Below, piece by piece: positions 14,437 through 23,224 of a DNA stretch of 64,000 nucleotides. The notes below the pieces were generated by a model. That model saw nothing but the letters and a program-made list of their open reading frames with translations. It made no database searches and was not told the DNA's origin. The translations under genes were made by a program, and so were the position numbers. Origin of the DNA: an uncultured Candidatus Rokubacteria bacterium. Lineage in GTDB: Bacteria; Methylomirabilota; Methylomirabilia; Rokubacteriales; CSP1-6. The stretch is from assembly GCA_963747235.1 (NCBI GenBank), contig CAVVEU010000008.1, forward strand, positions 512,001 to 576,000, in the 5' to 3' direction. Numbering within the stretch: the stretch's first letter is position 1; every line of letters starts with the position of its first letter.

Positions 14437-15399
14437 CTACGGCCACCAGAGATAGAGGAAGCGGGGTCCGCCGCCGCCGAGGGTGGCCGCGAACTGGGCC
14501 AGCGTGCTCTCCGCGGTGGACGGGGGTGGGGTCAGCGAGTAGATGTTGGCGCGGTACTCCTTCGGGCGGTGGTACATGACGACCTTCGCCTCGTCGAGCC
14601 CGGCCCGCTCCTTGGCCAGCGCCACCACGTCCTCGAGATAGCCGATGCGATCCACCAGCCCCATCTTGAGCGCCTGGTCGGCGGTGTAGACGCGGCCGTC
14701 GGCCAGCCCGCGGACCCGGTCCTCCGACATCTTGCGCGACTGCACGATCAGCCCCACGAAGCGCCCGTACATCTCGTCGATGATGCCCTGGAACACCAGG
14801 CGCTCCGGCTCGGTGAGCGAGCGGAAGGGCGAGCCGGCGTCCTTCATCGGACCCGACTTGATCGCGAGCGGCGCCACCCCGATCTTCTCGAGCAGGCCCT
14901 GCGCGTTCACCGTGATCATCACCACCCCGATGCTCCCGGTGATGGTGGTCGGGTTGACCACGATGGTGTCGGCGGCGAGCGCCGCGTAGTAGCCGCCCGA
15001 GGCGCCCACGTCCATGATGACCGCGATCACCGGGACCTTCTTCCGCGCCTTGAAGGCGAGCAGCTCGTGGTAGAGGATGTCGGACGCGGTGATGGTCCCG
15101 CCCGGGCTGTTGATCCGCACGATGAGCGCCTTCACGCGCTCGTCGCGCTCGGCCTTCTGCAGCTCCTCGCGCACCCGGGCCAGCAGCGGGACGCGCGGCG
15201 GCGGCGTGGTGATCGAGAAGCCCGGCACGTCCTCGGAGAGCACCCCCGACAGGTCCAGGAGCAGGATCTTGCTCGTGCCCTTGCCCTCCACCGTCTGCTC
15301 GTCGAGCGGGCGGATCTTGGGCTGGAAATCGAGCGTGACGAGGGAGCAGCCGGACAGGGCGATCAAACCGGCGAGGGCGAGAAGGGCGAGGCGGCGCAT
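14437..15399 (-). CDS. sppA: Signal peptide peptidase SppA (S49), lipoprotein
   Basis: LSGC lipobox; RINSPGG, GASGGYY, TGSIGV, KSGPMKD, DGRVYT. Confidence 0.92.
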   Translation of the reverse strand: MRRLALLALAGLIALSGCSLVTLDFQPKIRPLDEQTVEGKGTSKILLLDLSGVLSEDVPGFSITTPPPRVPLLARVREELQKAERDERVKALIVRINSPGGTITASDILYHELLAFKARKKVPVIAVIMDVGASGGYYAALAADTIVVNPTTITGSIGVVMITVNAQGLLEKIGVAPLAIKSGPMKDAGSPFRSLTEPERLVFQGIIDEMYGRFVGLIVQSRKMSEDRVRGLADGRVYTADQALKMGLVDRIGYLEDVVALAKERAGLDEAKVVMYHRPKEYRANIYSLTPPPSTAESTLAQFAATLGGGGPRFLYLWWP

Positions 15400-15440
15400 G
15401 GCTGCAGTATACGGCCGCGGCGGCCGCGACGAGCGGAAGG

Positions 15441-16376
15441 TCAGCGGCGGTGATACTCCGGGCAGACCCGCTCGGCCATGCGCGCGAGCTGGTCGAGCAT
15501 GCGATCCGGCGGGCAGAGGGGGCGCAGGATGAACTTGGACGCGCCCGCCTTGACGTATTCTTCCACGCGATCCACCACGCGATCCACCGGGCCGAAGGCG
15601 GTGCACTGCCGCATGGTCGCCTCGTCCACGCGCCCGCGCGGGATATAGGGCTGGGCCATGGCGAGCGCGGCCTCCTCGGTGTCCGCGATGGCGAAGTTGA
15701 TCAGCGTGCCGAAGTGATCCTCGGGCACCTGACGCCCCGCCGCCGCCGCGAGCTCCTGCACCTTCTGGACGCCCGCGCGCAGCTCCTCGGGCGTGATGAA
15801 CGAGGGGATCCAGCCGTCGCCGAGCCGGGCGGTGCGGCGCATGGCCGCCTCGCTCTTGCCGCCGATCCAGATGGGCGGCGGGGTCTGCCACGGCTTGGGG
15901 AAGACCGAGATGCGATCGAGCTTGTAGAACTGGCCGTGCCAGGTCACCTCGTCCTGCGTCCACAGCAGGCGCAGCACGTGGATCGCCTCATCGGTGCGCC
16001 GGCCGCGCTCCGCGAACGCCACGCCGGAGGCCTCGAACTCGCGCGGCAGCTCCACGCCCACGCCGACCGCGGGAAAGAGGCGGCCCTGCGAGAGCCAGTC
16101 GATCGTGGCCATCTCCTTGGCCGCGACGACCGGCGTGCGGTAGGGCAGGACGACCACGCTCGGTCCGAACTTGAGCCGCGTCGTGCGCGCGGCGATCGCG
16201 GCGAGCGTCGTCATCACCTCGGGGACGGGGACCGGGGACGAGAGGCGGTCGGAGAGCCAGATCGAGTCCACGTCGCTCCGCTCGAGCTGATCGCAGAGCG
16301 TCCACAGGAAGGCGGCGCCCTCGCGGCCGGCCGGCCAGGGGCCCGGCATGATGCCGATCCGGTACTTGAGCGCCAT
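15441..16376 (-). CDS. LLM-class flavin-dependent oxidoreductase
   Basis: SIWLSDR, AIAARTTRLKFG, ATIDWLSQGR, PPIWIGG, RLGDGW. Confidence 0.9.
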   Translation of the reverse strand: MALKYRIGIMPGPWPAGREGAAFLWTLCDQLERSDVDSIWLSDRLSSPVPVPEVMTTLAAIAARTTRLKFGPSVVVLPYRTPVVAAKEMATIDWLSQGRLFPAVGVGVELPREFEASGVAFAERGRRTDEAIHVLRLLWTQDEVTWHGQFYKLDRISVFPKPWQTPPPIWIGGKSEAAMRRTARLGDGWIPSFITPEELRAGVQKVQELAAAAGRQVPEDHFGTLINFAIADTEEAALAMAQPYIPRGRVDEATMRQCTAFGPVDRVVDRVEEYVKAGASKFILRPLCPPDRMLDQLARMAERVCPEYHRR

Positions 16377-16468
16377 GTTGCGGCATCGTACGCGCCGGTC
16401 CCCGGGCCCGTCAAGGCGCGCGCCCGGCGAAGTTGACAGAACGGCCCCCGACGCGTCAGGGTCAATGC

Positions 16469-17110
16469 ATGAGCGATCGTGATCGGCGGGCGTTTCCCAG
16501 AGCGGCGGCGGCCTGGCCGGCCACGGTGGAGACGGGCGAGGGCCGGGTGGTATCGGGTGAGGTCGTCAACCTGAGCCTGTCGGGGATGAAGGTGCGGTCC
16601 GACTGCGAGGCGGCGGTGGGCAGCATCGTGACGGTGCGGGTGACGCTGCCGGGCGCGGCGGGCCGGATGGAGATGGTGGGCACCGTGGTGCGCCGCGACG
16701 GCGAGAGCATCGGGGTCGCGTTCCTCAAGATGTCCGATTCGCCCGCCGGCAAGATCACGTCGTTCGTCTCCCGCGGGGACACCCGCCGGCGCTTTCCCCG
16801 CGTGCTCGTCTCGCTGCCGATCCGCGTCGAGGGCGGCTCGGAAGGCACCGCGCTGGGGCACACCGTGGACCTGAGCGCGTCCGGCGGCCGCGTGACCACC
16901 GACACCCCGCTGGTGGAGGGCGACGTGGTGGTGCTCGAATTGCCGGAGCGCTCCGGCCTCGACCGCCTGCGCCTGCCCGCCCTCGTCTGGGAGTCGTACG
17001 GGGACGGCGCGGTGCTCGTGTTCGCGAACGTGGGGCCGAAGGAGTTCACGCGGCTCCAGGAATATCTCGCGAGCTGCCAGCCGCGCGGCTCGCGGCCAAG
17101 TTCCGTTTGA
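16469..17110 (+). CDS. Tandem PilZ-domain protein (c-di-GMP receptor candidate)
   Basis: Two RxxxR + (D/N)xSxxG pairs: RRAFPR/NLSLSG and RRRFPR/DLSASG. Confidence 0.85.
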   Translation: MSDRDRRAFPRAAAAWPATVETGEGRVVSGEVVNLSLSGMKVRSDCEAAVGSIVTVRVTLPGAAGRMEMVGTVVRRDGESIGVAFLKMSDSPAGKITSFVSRGDTRRRFPRVLVSLPIRVEGGSEGTALGHTVDLSASGGRVTTDTPLVEGDVVVLELPERSGLDRLRLPALVWESYGDGAVLVFANVGPKEFTRLQEYLASCQPRGSRPSSV

Positions 17111-17148
17111 CAGCCCCGGGAGCGCCGCATAGAATGAACGGCGGTTCA
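17107..17148 (+). promoter_or_regulatory. Sigma-70 promoter with overlapping TetR-type operator
   Basis: TTGACA-N17-TAGAAT (17107-17135) followed by palindrome TGAAC-GGCG-GTTCA (17135-17148). Confidence 0.75.
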
Positions 17149-17157
17149 CCTCCTGCC

Positions 17158-17742
17158 ATGCGCGATCCCGACAAGCCCCAGCAGATCATCGAGGCCGCCG
17201 TTCGGGTCTTCGCCCGCAAGGGCTACTTCAGCTCGCGCGTGTCGGACATCGCGCGCGAGGCCGGGATCGCGGCCGGCACCATCTACCTCTACTTCAAGAC
17301 CAAGGAAGACATCCTCATCACGCTCTTCCGCGAGAAGATGTCGGTCTTCGTCGCGTCCCTGCGGCGCGCGATCGCCGACGAGCCCGACGCGGTGGCCAAG
17401 GTGCGGCGGCTCGTCCACCTGCACTTCGAGATGCTCGAGGGCGATCCGGACCTCGCCGAGGTGGTGCAGGTCGAGCTGCGCCAGGGCCAGAAGTTCTTCC
17501 GCGGGGCCTCGAGCCAGGAGATCGCCGCGTACTTCGCGCTGATCGGCTCGGTGCTCGAGGAAGGTGTGGGCCAGGGCCACTTCAAGTCCGACCTCCCGGT
17601 CAAGGTCGCCACCAAGATGCTGTTCGGCGCCATGGACCAGATGGCCACGTCCTGGGTGCTGGGCAAGCGGGGGTACCGGCTCGTGGACACCGCGCCCGCG
17701 GTGGCCGATCTGTTCCTGCAGGGCGTGGCCGCCCGCCGCTAG
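17158..17742 (+). CDS. TetR-family regulator (FadR/YsiA-like, fatty acid metabolism)
   Basis: IIEAAVRVFARKGY...IAREAGIAAGTIYLYFKTKEDIL; QVELRQ. Confidence 0.9.
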   Translation: MRDPDKPQQIIEAAVRVFARKGYFSSRVSDIAREAGIAAGTIYLYFKTKEDILITLFREKMSVFVASLRRAIADEPDAVAKVRRLVHLHFEMLEGDPDLAEVVQVELRQGQKFFRGASSQEIAAYFALIGSVLEEGVGQGHFKSDLPVKVATKMLFGAMDQMATSWVLGKRGYRLVDTAPAVADLFLQGVAARR

Positions 17743-17768
17743 CAACCCGCCGAGAGGAGATCCGTCCG

Positions 17769-18542
17769 ATGGCGTACGAGACCCTGATCCTGACCCGCGA
17801 GGAGCGCTTCGCGACCATCACCCTCAACCGGCCGCCCGCCAACGCGATCAGCGAGGCGCTCATGCGCGAGCTGAACGCGGCCCTCTCCGAGCTGGAGGGC
17901 GACGACGGCGTGCGCGCGGTGATCATCACCGGCGCGGGGGACAAGATCTTCTGCGCGGGCGCGGACCTGGGCTCGGCCTTCCAGGGGGCGGACGTCGGCA
18001 CCTTCATCCGCTTCGGCAACAGCGTGGTCCGCCGCATCGAGCGCTTCCCGAAGCCGGTGGTCGCGGCGATCAACGGGCACGCGTTGGGCGGCGGCTGCGA
18101 GATCGCGATGGGCTGCCACATCCGGATCCTGAAGGAGACCGCGCGGATGGGGCAGACCGAGTCCAATCTCGGCATCACCCCCGGCTTCGGCGGCACCCAG
18201 CGCTACCCGCGGCTGATGGGCCGCGGCCTGGCGCTCGAGCACCTGATCCTCGGCACCCAGGTCTCGGCCCAGGAGTGCTACCGCACCGGGCTGGTGAACC
18301 GGCTCGCGAAGGACGGGGAGACGCTCAACGACGCGAAGGCGATGGCCCGCGAGCTGGCCAAGCGGCCGCCGGTCGCCACCCGGCTCATCATCGAGGCGGT
18401 GGACGACGGGCTTCACGCGCCCATCGATACCGCGATCGAGATCGAGGTGCGCGCGTTCCTCCAGACGCTCCGCACCGAGGACGCGGCCGAGGGGATCCAG
18501 GCCTTCTTCCAGAAACGCCCCGCCGACTTCAAGGGCCGCTAG
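17769..18542 (+). CDS. Enoyl-CoA hydratase (crotonase)
   Basis: LNRPPANAI, FCAGADL, ALGGGCE, ESNLGITPGFGGTQR. Confidence 0.92.
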   Translation: MAYETLILTREERFATITLNRPPANAISEALMRELNAALSELEGDDGVRAVIITGAGDKIFCAGADLGSAFQGADVGTFIRFGNSVVRRIERFPKPVVAAINGHALGGGCEIAMGCHIRILKETARMGQTESNLGITPGFGGTQRYPRLMGRGLALEHLILGTQVSAQECYRTGLVNRLAKDGETLNDAKAMARELAKRPPVATRLIIEAVDDGLHAPIDTAIEIEVRAFLQTLRTEDAAEGIQAFFQKRPADFKGR

Positions 18543-18544
18543 GC

Positions 18545-19294
18545 GTGGACCTCGGCATCGCGGGCAAGACCGCGCTCGTCACCGGCGGGGCGCGGAGCCT
18601 CGGCAAGCAGGACTGCCTGACCCTGGCCGCGGAGGGCTGCCGGATCATCGTGCTGGATCTCAACGGGGAAGGCGCCGCCGAGGCGGCCCGGGAGATCACC
18701 GAGGCGGGCGGCACCGCCCGCGGCTACGCCGCCGACATCACCGAGCGGGCGGTCCTGACCGAGGTGCTGCGCCGCGCGGAGAGCGAGGTGGGCCCGATCG
18801 ACATCTGCGTGAACAACGCGGGATGGATCTACACGATGGGCCAGCTCAAGGACACCGCGGACGAGGACTGGGACCTCAACCTCCGCATCAACCTGACCGG
18901 CACCTTCAACGTCACCAAGGCGGTGTTCCCCGGCATGCGCGAGCGGCGGTGGGGCCGCGTGATCTGCATGGCCTCGATCGCGGGCCTGATGGGCGGCTTC
19001 GGCCAGGCCGCCTACGCGACGAGCAAGATGGGGGTGATCGGGTTCGCCCGCTCGGTGGCGCTCGAGGGGGCGCGGTACAATGTCACGTCCAACGTGATCG
19101 CGCCCGGCATCGTGGGGCCGAACGCGAATCTGTCGCCGCTGTACGAGCGCATGGTCAAGCGGGTGGCCATGCAGCGGGAGGGGCAGCCCGAGGACATCGC
19201 CGGCGCGATCGCGTTCCTGTGCTCGGAGCGCGCGCGCTACATCACGGGGGCCGTGCTCACCGTCACCGGGGGCATGGACCTCTTCACGTTCTAA
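18545..19294 (+). CDS. SDR, 3-oxoacyl/acetoacetyl-CoA reductase (FabG/PhaB-like)
   Basis: TGGARSLG, NNAG, GQAAYATSK (YxxxK); located in PHA cluster. Confidence 0.85.
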   Translation: MDLGIAGKTALVTGGARSLGKQDCLTLAAEGCRIIVLDLNGEGAAEAAREITEAGGTARGYAADITERAVLTEVLRRAESEVGPIDICVNNAGWIYTMGQLKDTADEDWDLNLRINLTGTFNVTKAVFPGMRERRWGRVICMASIAGLMGGFGQAAYATSKMGVIGFARSVALEGARYNVTSNVIAPGIVGPNANLSPLYERMVKRVAMQREGQPEDIAGAIAFLCSERARYITGAVLTVTGGMDLFTF

Positions 19295-19327
19295 ACGTCG
19301 AGCTTCGAGAGGAGAAGGAGACGCGTC

Positions 19328-19648
19328 ATGCCGACAGTCAAGGAGACCTTCGACAACATGGCCTCGCGGTTCCGCGCCGAGAAGGCCGCCGGGGTGAACG
19401 CCACCATCCAGTACGACATCACCGGGGACCAGGGTGGGACGTGGAACGCGGTCATCAAGGACGGCGCCTGCAGTGTCAGCCAGGGCGCGGCCGCGACCCC
19501 GAACCTCACCCTCACGATGTCCTCGCAGGACTGGCTCGACATGACCGGAGGCAAGCTCTCCGGACAGATGGCCTTCATGTCCGGCAAGCTCAAGCTCAAG
19601 GGGGACATGGGCCTCGCCATGAAGGTGGGGAGCCTGTTCCAGGTTTAA
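19328..19648 (+). CDS. SCP2 sterol/lipid-binding domain protein
   Basis: IQYDITGDQGGTW...AFMSGKLKLKGDMGLAMK. Confidence 0.92.
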   Translation: MPTVKETFDNMASRFRAEKAAGVNATIQYDITGDQGGTWNAVIKDGACSVSQGAAATPNLTLTMSSQDWLDMTGGKLSGQMAFMSGKLKLKGDMGLAMKVGSLFQV

Positions 19649-19697
19649 GCGCGTCGCCCCGGCCCGCTCGGCCCTACCAGGGGAGCGGGCCGGGGTC

Positions 19698-19727
19698 TTG
19701 ACGCGAAGCGTCACGCAGCGGTACGAT
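19698..19727 (+). promoter_or_regulatory. phaC promoter with palindromic candidate PhaR box
   Basis: TTGACG-N18-TACGAT; TGACGC-GAA-GCGTCA palindrome at 19699-19713 overlaps the -35. Confidence 0.6.
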
Positions 19728-19736
19728 GGGAGAGTC

Positions 19737-20837
19737 ATGAAAGACGAGCTCTTCACGATGATGGGAGAGATGCCGGCGATGTCGCCCGCGGTGCTGGCGC
19801 GGATGCAGGAGGAGGCCAACCGTAACCTCCTGCGCATGAAGCACTTCGGCGAGATGGTGATGAACCCCAAGGAGCCGAAGGTCGGGCCCACGCCCCGGCA
19901 GGAGATCTTCCGGACCAACAAGTCGAGGCTCTGGCGGTACGAGTCCCGGCGCACGGTCCGGACCCCGCTGCTCTTCGTCCCCAACCTCGGGATCAGCCGG
20001 CCGTACATCTTCGACCTGATGCCGAAGGGATCGTTCGTCGAGCACATGACGCAGCAAGGCTTCGACTTTTATCTGGTCGACTGGGGGGTGTTCGGCGAGG
20101 AGGACAACGGCCTCACCGTCGAGGACGCGGTGACCAAGATCCTCCCCCGGCTGGCCCGCAAGGCGCTCGAGTCCTCGGGCGCCTCGGAGATGTCGGTGCT
20201 CGGCTACTGCATGGGCGCGCCGCTCTCGGCCAGCTTCGTGGCCACCCACCCGGAGTTCCCGCTCAAGAACTACATCGACATGGCGGGCCCGATCGACTTC
20301 GCCCACGTCGGCCTCTTCGGCAAGTGGCTCGATCCGCGCTACTTCGACGTCGACAAGTACGTGGACACCCTGGGCACCATCCCGGCCGAGATGGTCAAGA
20401 TGGGCTTCAAGCTGCTCAAGCCCACCATGGACACCAGCACGAACCTGAACCTCTGGTGGAACCTCTGGAACCCGGATTACGTCTCGGGCTTCAACGCGCT
20501 CAACAAGTGGGCCAACGAGTACCTCCCGTTCCCCGGCGAGTTCTTCCGCCAGTGGGTGCGGGACTTCTATCAGCAGAACAAGCTGATCAAGGGCGAGCTC
20601 ATGATGGCGGGGCGGCGCGTGGACCTGCGCCAGATCCGGTGCCCGGTGCTCGCGGTCGGCGCCAAGGAGGACAACATCGCGCCGCCCGCGTGCGTGAAGC
20701 CGCTGATCGACGTGGTGAGCACCAGCGACAAGGAGTACGTGGAGCTGCCCGGTGGGCACATCTCGCTGATCGCCGGACGCGGCGCCTCGGTGCATTGCTG
20801 GCCGAAGGTGGCGTCCTGGCTGGCCGCGCGCTCGTAA
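19737..20837 (+). CDS. phaC: Class III polyhydroxyalkanoate synthase subunit PhaC
   Basis: ~366 aa; VGPTPRQ, RPYIFDL, LVDWG, lipase box GYCMG, FPGEFFRQW, D in EDNI and H in GGHI. Confidence 0.88.
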   Translation: MKDELFTMMGEMPAMSPAVLARMQEEANRNLLRMKHFGEMVMNPKEPKVGPTPRQEIFRTNKSRLWRYESRRTVRTPLLFVPNLGISRPYIFDLMPKGSFVEHMTQQGFDFYLVDWGVFGEEDNGLTVEDAVTKILPRLARKALESSGASEMSVLGYCMGAPLSASFVATHPEFPLKNYIDMAGPIDFAHVGLFGKWLDPRYFDVDKYVDTLGTIPAEMVKMGFKLLKPTMDTSTNLNLWWNLWNPDYVSGFNALNKWANEYLPFPGEFFRQWVRDFYQQNKLIKGELMMAGRRVDLRQIRCPVLAVGAKEDNIAPPACVKPLIDVVSTSDKEYVELPGGHISLIAGRGASVHCWPKVASWLAARS

Positions 20838-20858
20838 GGCGGGCCGAGGAGCGTCGTC

Positions 20859-21416
20859 ATGGCCGACAACACCAATCAACAGCTGCTCGACATGTGGAAG
20901 CGCCAGGTGGAAGAGGGCACGCAGGCCTGGCTGCGCATGATGGGGCAGGCGCAGGCCCCGACGGCCGCGCCCGGCATGGCGCCCAACATGACAATGGACC
21001 CGCAGGCCTTCTGGCGGCCGTTCATGGACCAGGGCATGGCCGCGTGGTCGAAGGTCATGACGCAGGGGACGGCGCCCTCGCCGGACCTGATGGCGCAGTG
21101 GAAGCAGTTCCTCGACCAGTGGATCGCCGCGTGGTCCCGCGTGCTCGAGCAGGCGATGGGCACCGACAACTTCGCCCAGCTCATGGGCAAGCAGCTCGAG
21201 GGCTTCCTGAACGTCTCGGCGCCCATCAAGAAGGCGGCCGAGCAGCAGATCGACGCCTCGCTGGCCGGGCTCGGCATTCCCTCGCGCAGCCAGGTCACCG
21301 CGCTGGCCCGGCACGTGGCCCAGGTCGAGGAGAAGATCGACGCGCTCGAGGACAAGGTGGACCGTGTCCTCCGGCGCCTGGACGCGGGCGGGGCGGCCCG
21401 GACGGAGCGGGCATGA
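20859..21416 (+). CDS. phaE: PhaE-like subunit of class III PHA synthase
   Basis: Trp/Gln/Met-rich amphipathic helices; GIPSRSQV followed by coiled coil; adjacent to phaC. Confidence 0.72.
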   Translation: MADNTNQQLLDMWKRQVEEGTQAWLRMMGQAQAPTAAPGMAPNMTMDPQAFWRPFMDQGMAAWSKVMTQGTAPSPDLMAQWKQFLDQWIAAWSRVLEQAMGTDNFAQLMGKQLEGFLNVSAPIKKAAEQQIDASLAGLGIPSRSQVTALARHVAQVEEKIDALEDKVDRVLRRLDAGGAARTERA

Positions 21417-21997
21417 TCGGGATCACGATCGATGCGATCGCGGTCGGGGACAGCGCCCAGATCACCCGCCGCGTGACGGACGGTGACATCGCGGCGTTCG
21501 TGGACGCGGTCGGCGATCACAACCCGGTGCACGCGGACCGTGAGTACGCGGCCTCCACCGTGTTCAAGGAGCCGATCGCGCCGGGGATCTGGACCGCGGG
21601 GCTCATCTCGGCGGTCATCGGCACGCGGTTGCCCGGCCCCGGGGCGATCTATCTCTCGCAGGATCTCAAGTTCCTCAAGCCGGTGAAGGCGGGCGATTCG
21701 ATCTCGGCCCGCGTCGAGGTCCTCGAGGTCCACCGCGAGCGGAACCGCATCCGACTCCGCACGGTGTGCACCAACCAGCGCGCGGAGGACGTGCTCACCG
21801 GTGAGGCGGTGGTGATGCCCTCACGCACGCCCGTGCAGTACGCGCGCCCGGCGGTGTCCATGAACGCGATGGCGCTCTGGACGCTCCAGCCGCTGGCCTG
21901 GATGGCGCAGGGCGCCGCGATCTGGGGCATGCTCGGCCTCTCCGCGCTCGCGGTCGCCGCGCCCACGCGCCCGCCCTCCCGCCCACTCTCCCAGTAG
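21413..21997 (+). CDS. phaJ: (R)-specific enoyl-CoA hydratase (MaoC/PhaJ) with hydrophobic C-terminal tail
   Basis: GDHNPVHAD hydratase motif, ISAVIGTRLPGPGAIYLSQDLKF. Confidence 0.82.
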   Translation: MIGITIDAIAVGDSAQITRRVTDGDIAAFVDAVGDHNPVHADREYAASTVFKEPIAPGIWTAGLISAVIGTRLPGPGAIYLSQDLKFLKPVKAGDSISARVEVLEVHRERNRIRLRTVCTNQRAEDVLTGEAVVMPSRTPVQYARPAVSMNAMALWTLQPLAWMAQGAAIWGMLGLSALAVAAPTRPPSRPLSQ

Positions 21998-22075
21998 TCC
22001 CGCGTCCGACGCGTTGCACGCGCGTCCCGGCCCGCCTTGTGGGGGTCCGGACCCGGTGCTAGACTGATTTTCGTC

Positions 22076-22576
22076 ATGGCGTACGTCATCAAGCGCTACT
22101 CCAATCGCAAGCTGTACGACACGCAGGAGAGCCGCTACGTCACGCTCGAGGAGCTCGAGGAGCTGATCCGGGCCGGCCGGGAGATCTCGGTGGTGGATGT
22201 GTCCACCGGTGAGGATCTCACCTCGGTCACGCTGGCCCAGATCATCCTGGAGAACGAGCGCAATCACCGGGCCGCCCTGCCCACCGTCTTCCTCCACCAG
22301 CTCATCAAGCACGGCGAGGCCTGGCAGGACTTCGTGCAGAAGTCGCTGCGCTCGAGCCTCGAAGGGCTCATGACGAGCCAGCGCGACGCCGACCGGGTGC
22401 TGCGGGAATGGGCATCGCGCGCCGGATGGCTCACCGCCACGGGGCCCGAGCAGCCCGCGAAGGCGGAGAAGCGGGCGGAGCCCGCCGAGGCCGACGCGCT
22501 GCGCGAGGAAGTGACGGTGCTGCGGGAGCAGCTGCGCACGCTCGAAGAGCGGCTCGAGAAGAAGCGCGAGAAGTAA
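22076..22576 (+). CDS. phaR: PHA synthesis regulator PhaR
   Basis: IKRYSNRKLYDTQESRYVTL...TGEDLT...LAQIILE. Confidence 0.9.
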   Translation: MAYVIKRYSNRKLYDTQESRYVTLEELEELIRAGREISVVDVSTGEDLTSVTLAQIILENERNHRAALPTVFLHQLIKHGEAWQDFVQKSLRSSLEGLMTSQRDADRVLREWASRAGWLTATGPEQPAKAEKRAEPAEADALREEVTVLREQLRTLEERLEKKREK

Positions 22577-22580
22577 CCGC

Positions 22581-22614
22581 CCCGGCCGCGGGCCGGACGT
22601 GACCCGCGGCCGGG
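22581..22614. terminator. Hairpin between convergent phaR and phasin genes
   Basis: 12-bp stem CCCGGCCGCGGG / CCCGCGGCCGGG; no U-tract. Confidence 0.5.
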
Positions 22615-22620
22615 CGCGCG

Positions 22621-23073
22621 TTACGCGATCGGGGTGTAGAGGGTCTGCACCTTCCCGGCGAGCTGGGTGAAGGTGGCCTGGATCTCCTTGCCGGTGTGCT
22701 CCGCGGTCACCTGCATCCGCTCGGCCGACCGGGACATGGCCTGCGCGGTGCCCTCGAAGACCTTGAAGGCCCGCTGCGCGCTCTCCACCGACTCCAGCAC
22801 GCCCTTCTGGTAGAAGTTCATCGGATCGCGCGGCGCGTCCTGCATCTCGTCCTGCCGGCGCTGCACGTACGACTGCCCTTCCTTCACCGCCTCGACCGCG
22901 GACGACTGGAGCTCGGCGTAGAGCCGCACGCCCTCTTTCGCGGTGCTCGCGGACAGATCGACGAGCTCGCGGAGTACCTTCTGGTTGGCGTCCGCCATCA
23001 GGGAGAATGCCTCCACCGTGCGGCTCGTGAGCTGGGCCAGGAAGTCATTCGGCTGCATCGGGTTCGTCGCCAT
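22621..23073 (-). CDS. Phasin-like PHA granule protein
   Basis: 150 aa amphipathic all-helical Ala/Gln/Glu-rich protein; AAGGAG RBS; next to phaR. Confidence 0.7.
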   Translation of the reverse strand: MATNPMQPNDFLAQLTSRTVEAFSLMADANQKVLRELVDLSASTAKEGVRLYAELQSSAVEAVKEGQSYVQRRQDEMQDAPRDPMNFYQKGVLESVESAQRAFKVFEGTAQAMSRSAERMQVTAEHTGKEIQATFTQLAGKVQTLYTPIA

Positions 23074-23115
23074 CGTTCGCTCCTTGTTGTCGGGGGTTGA
23101 TCTGGGTACAGCACG

Positions 23116-23165
23116 AGAATAACGCGGTGCGTAACGAGGGTCAAGACTTTTGTTGCGTCGCGTCA
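23116..23165 (-). promoter_or_regulatory. Phasin promoter with two candidate PhaR boxes
   Basis: Minus-strand TTGACC-N17-TATTCT; TAACGC-GGT-GCGTAA (23120-23134) and TGTTGC-GTC-GCGTCA (23151-23165). Confidence 0.6.
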
Positions 23166-23224
23166 TCCGGTGCATGGTATACGAGTGTCTCCAGCTGGAT
23201 GCACCTCCGTAACCCATCGAAAAC

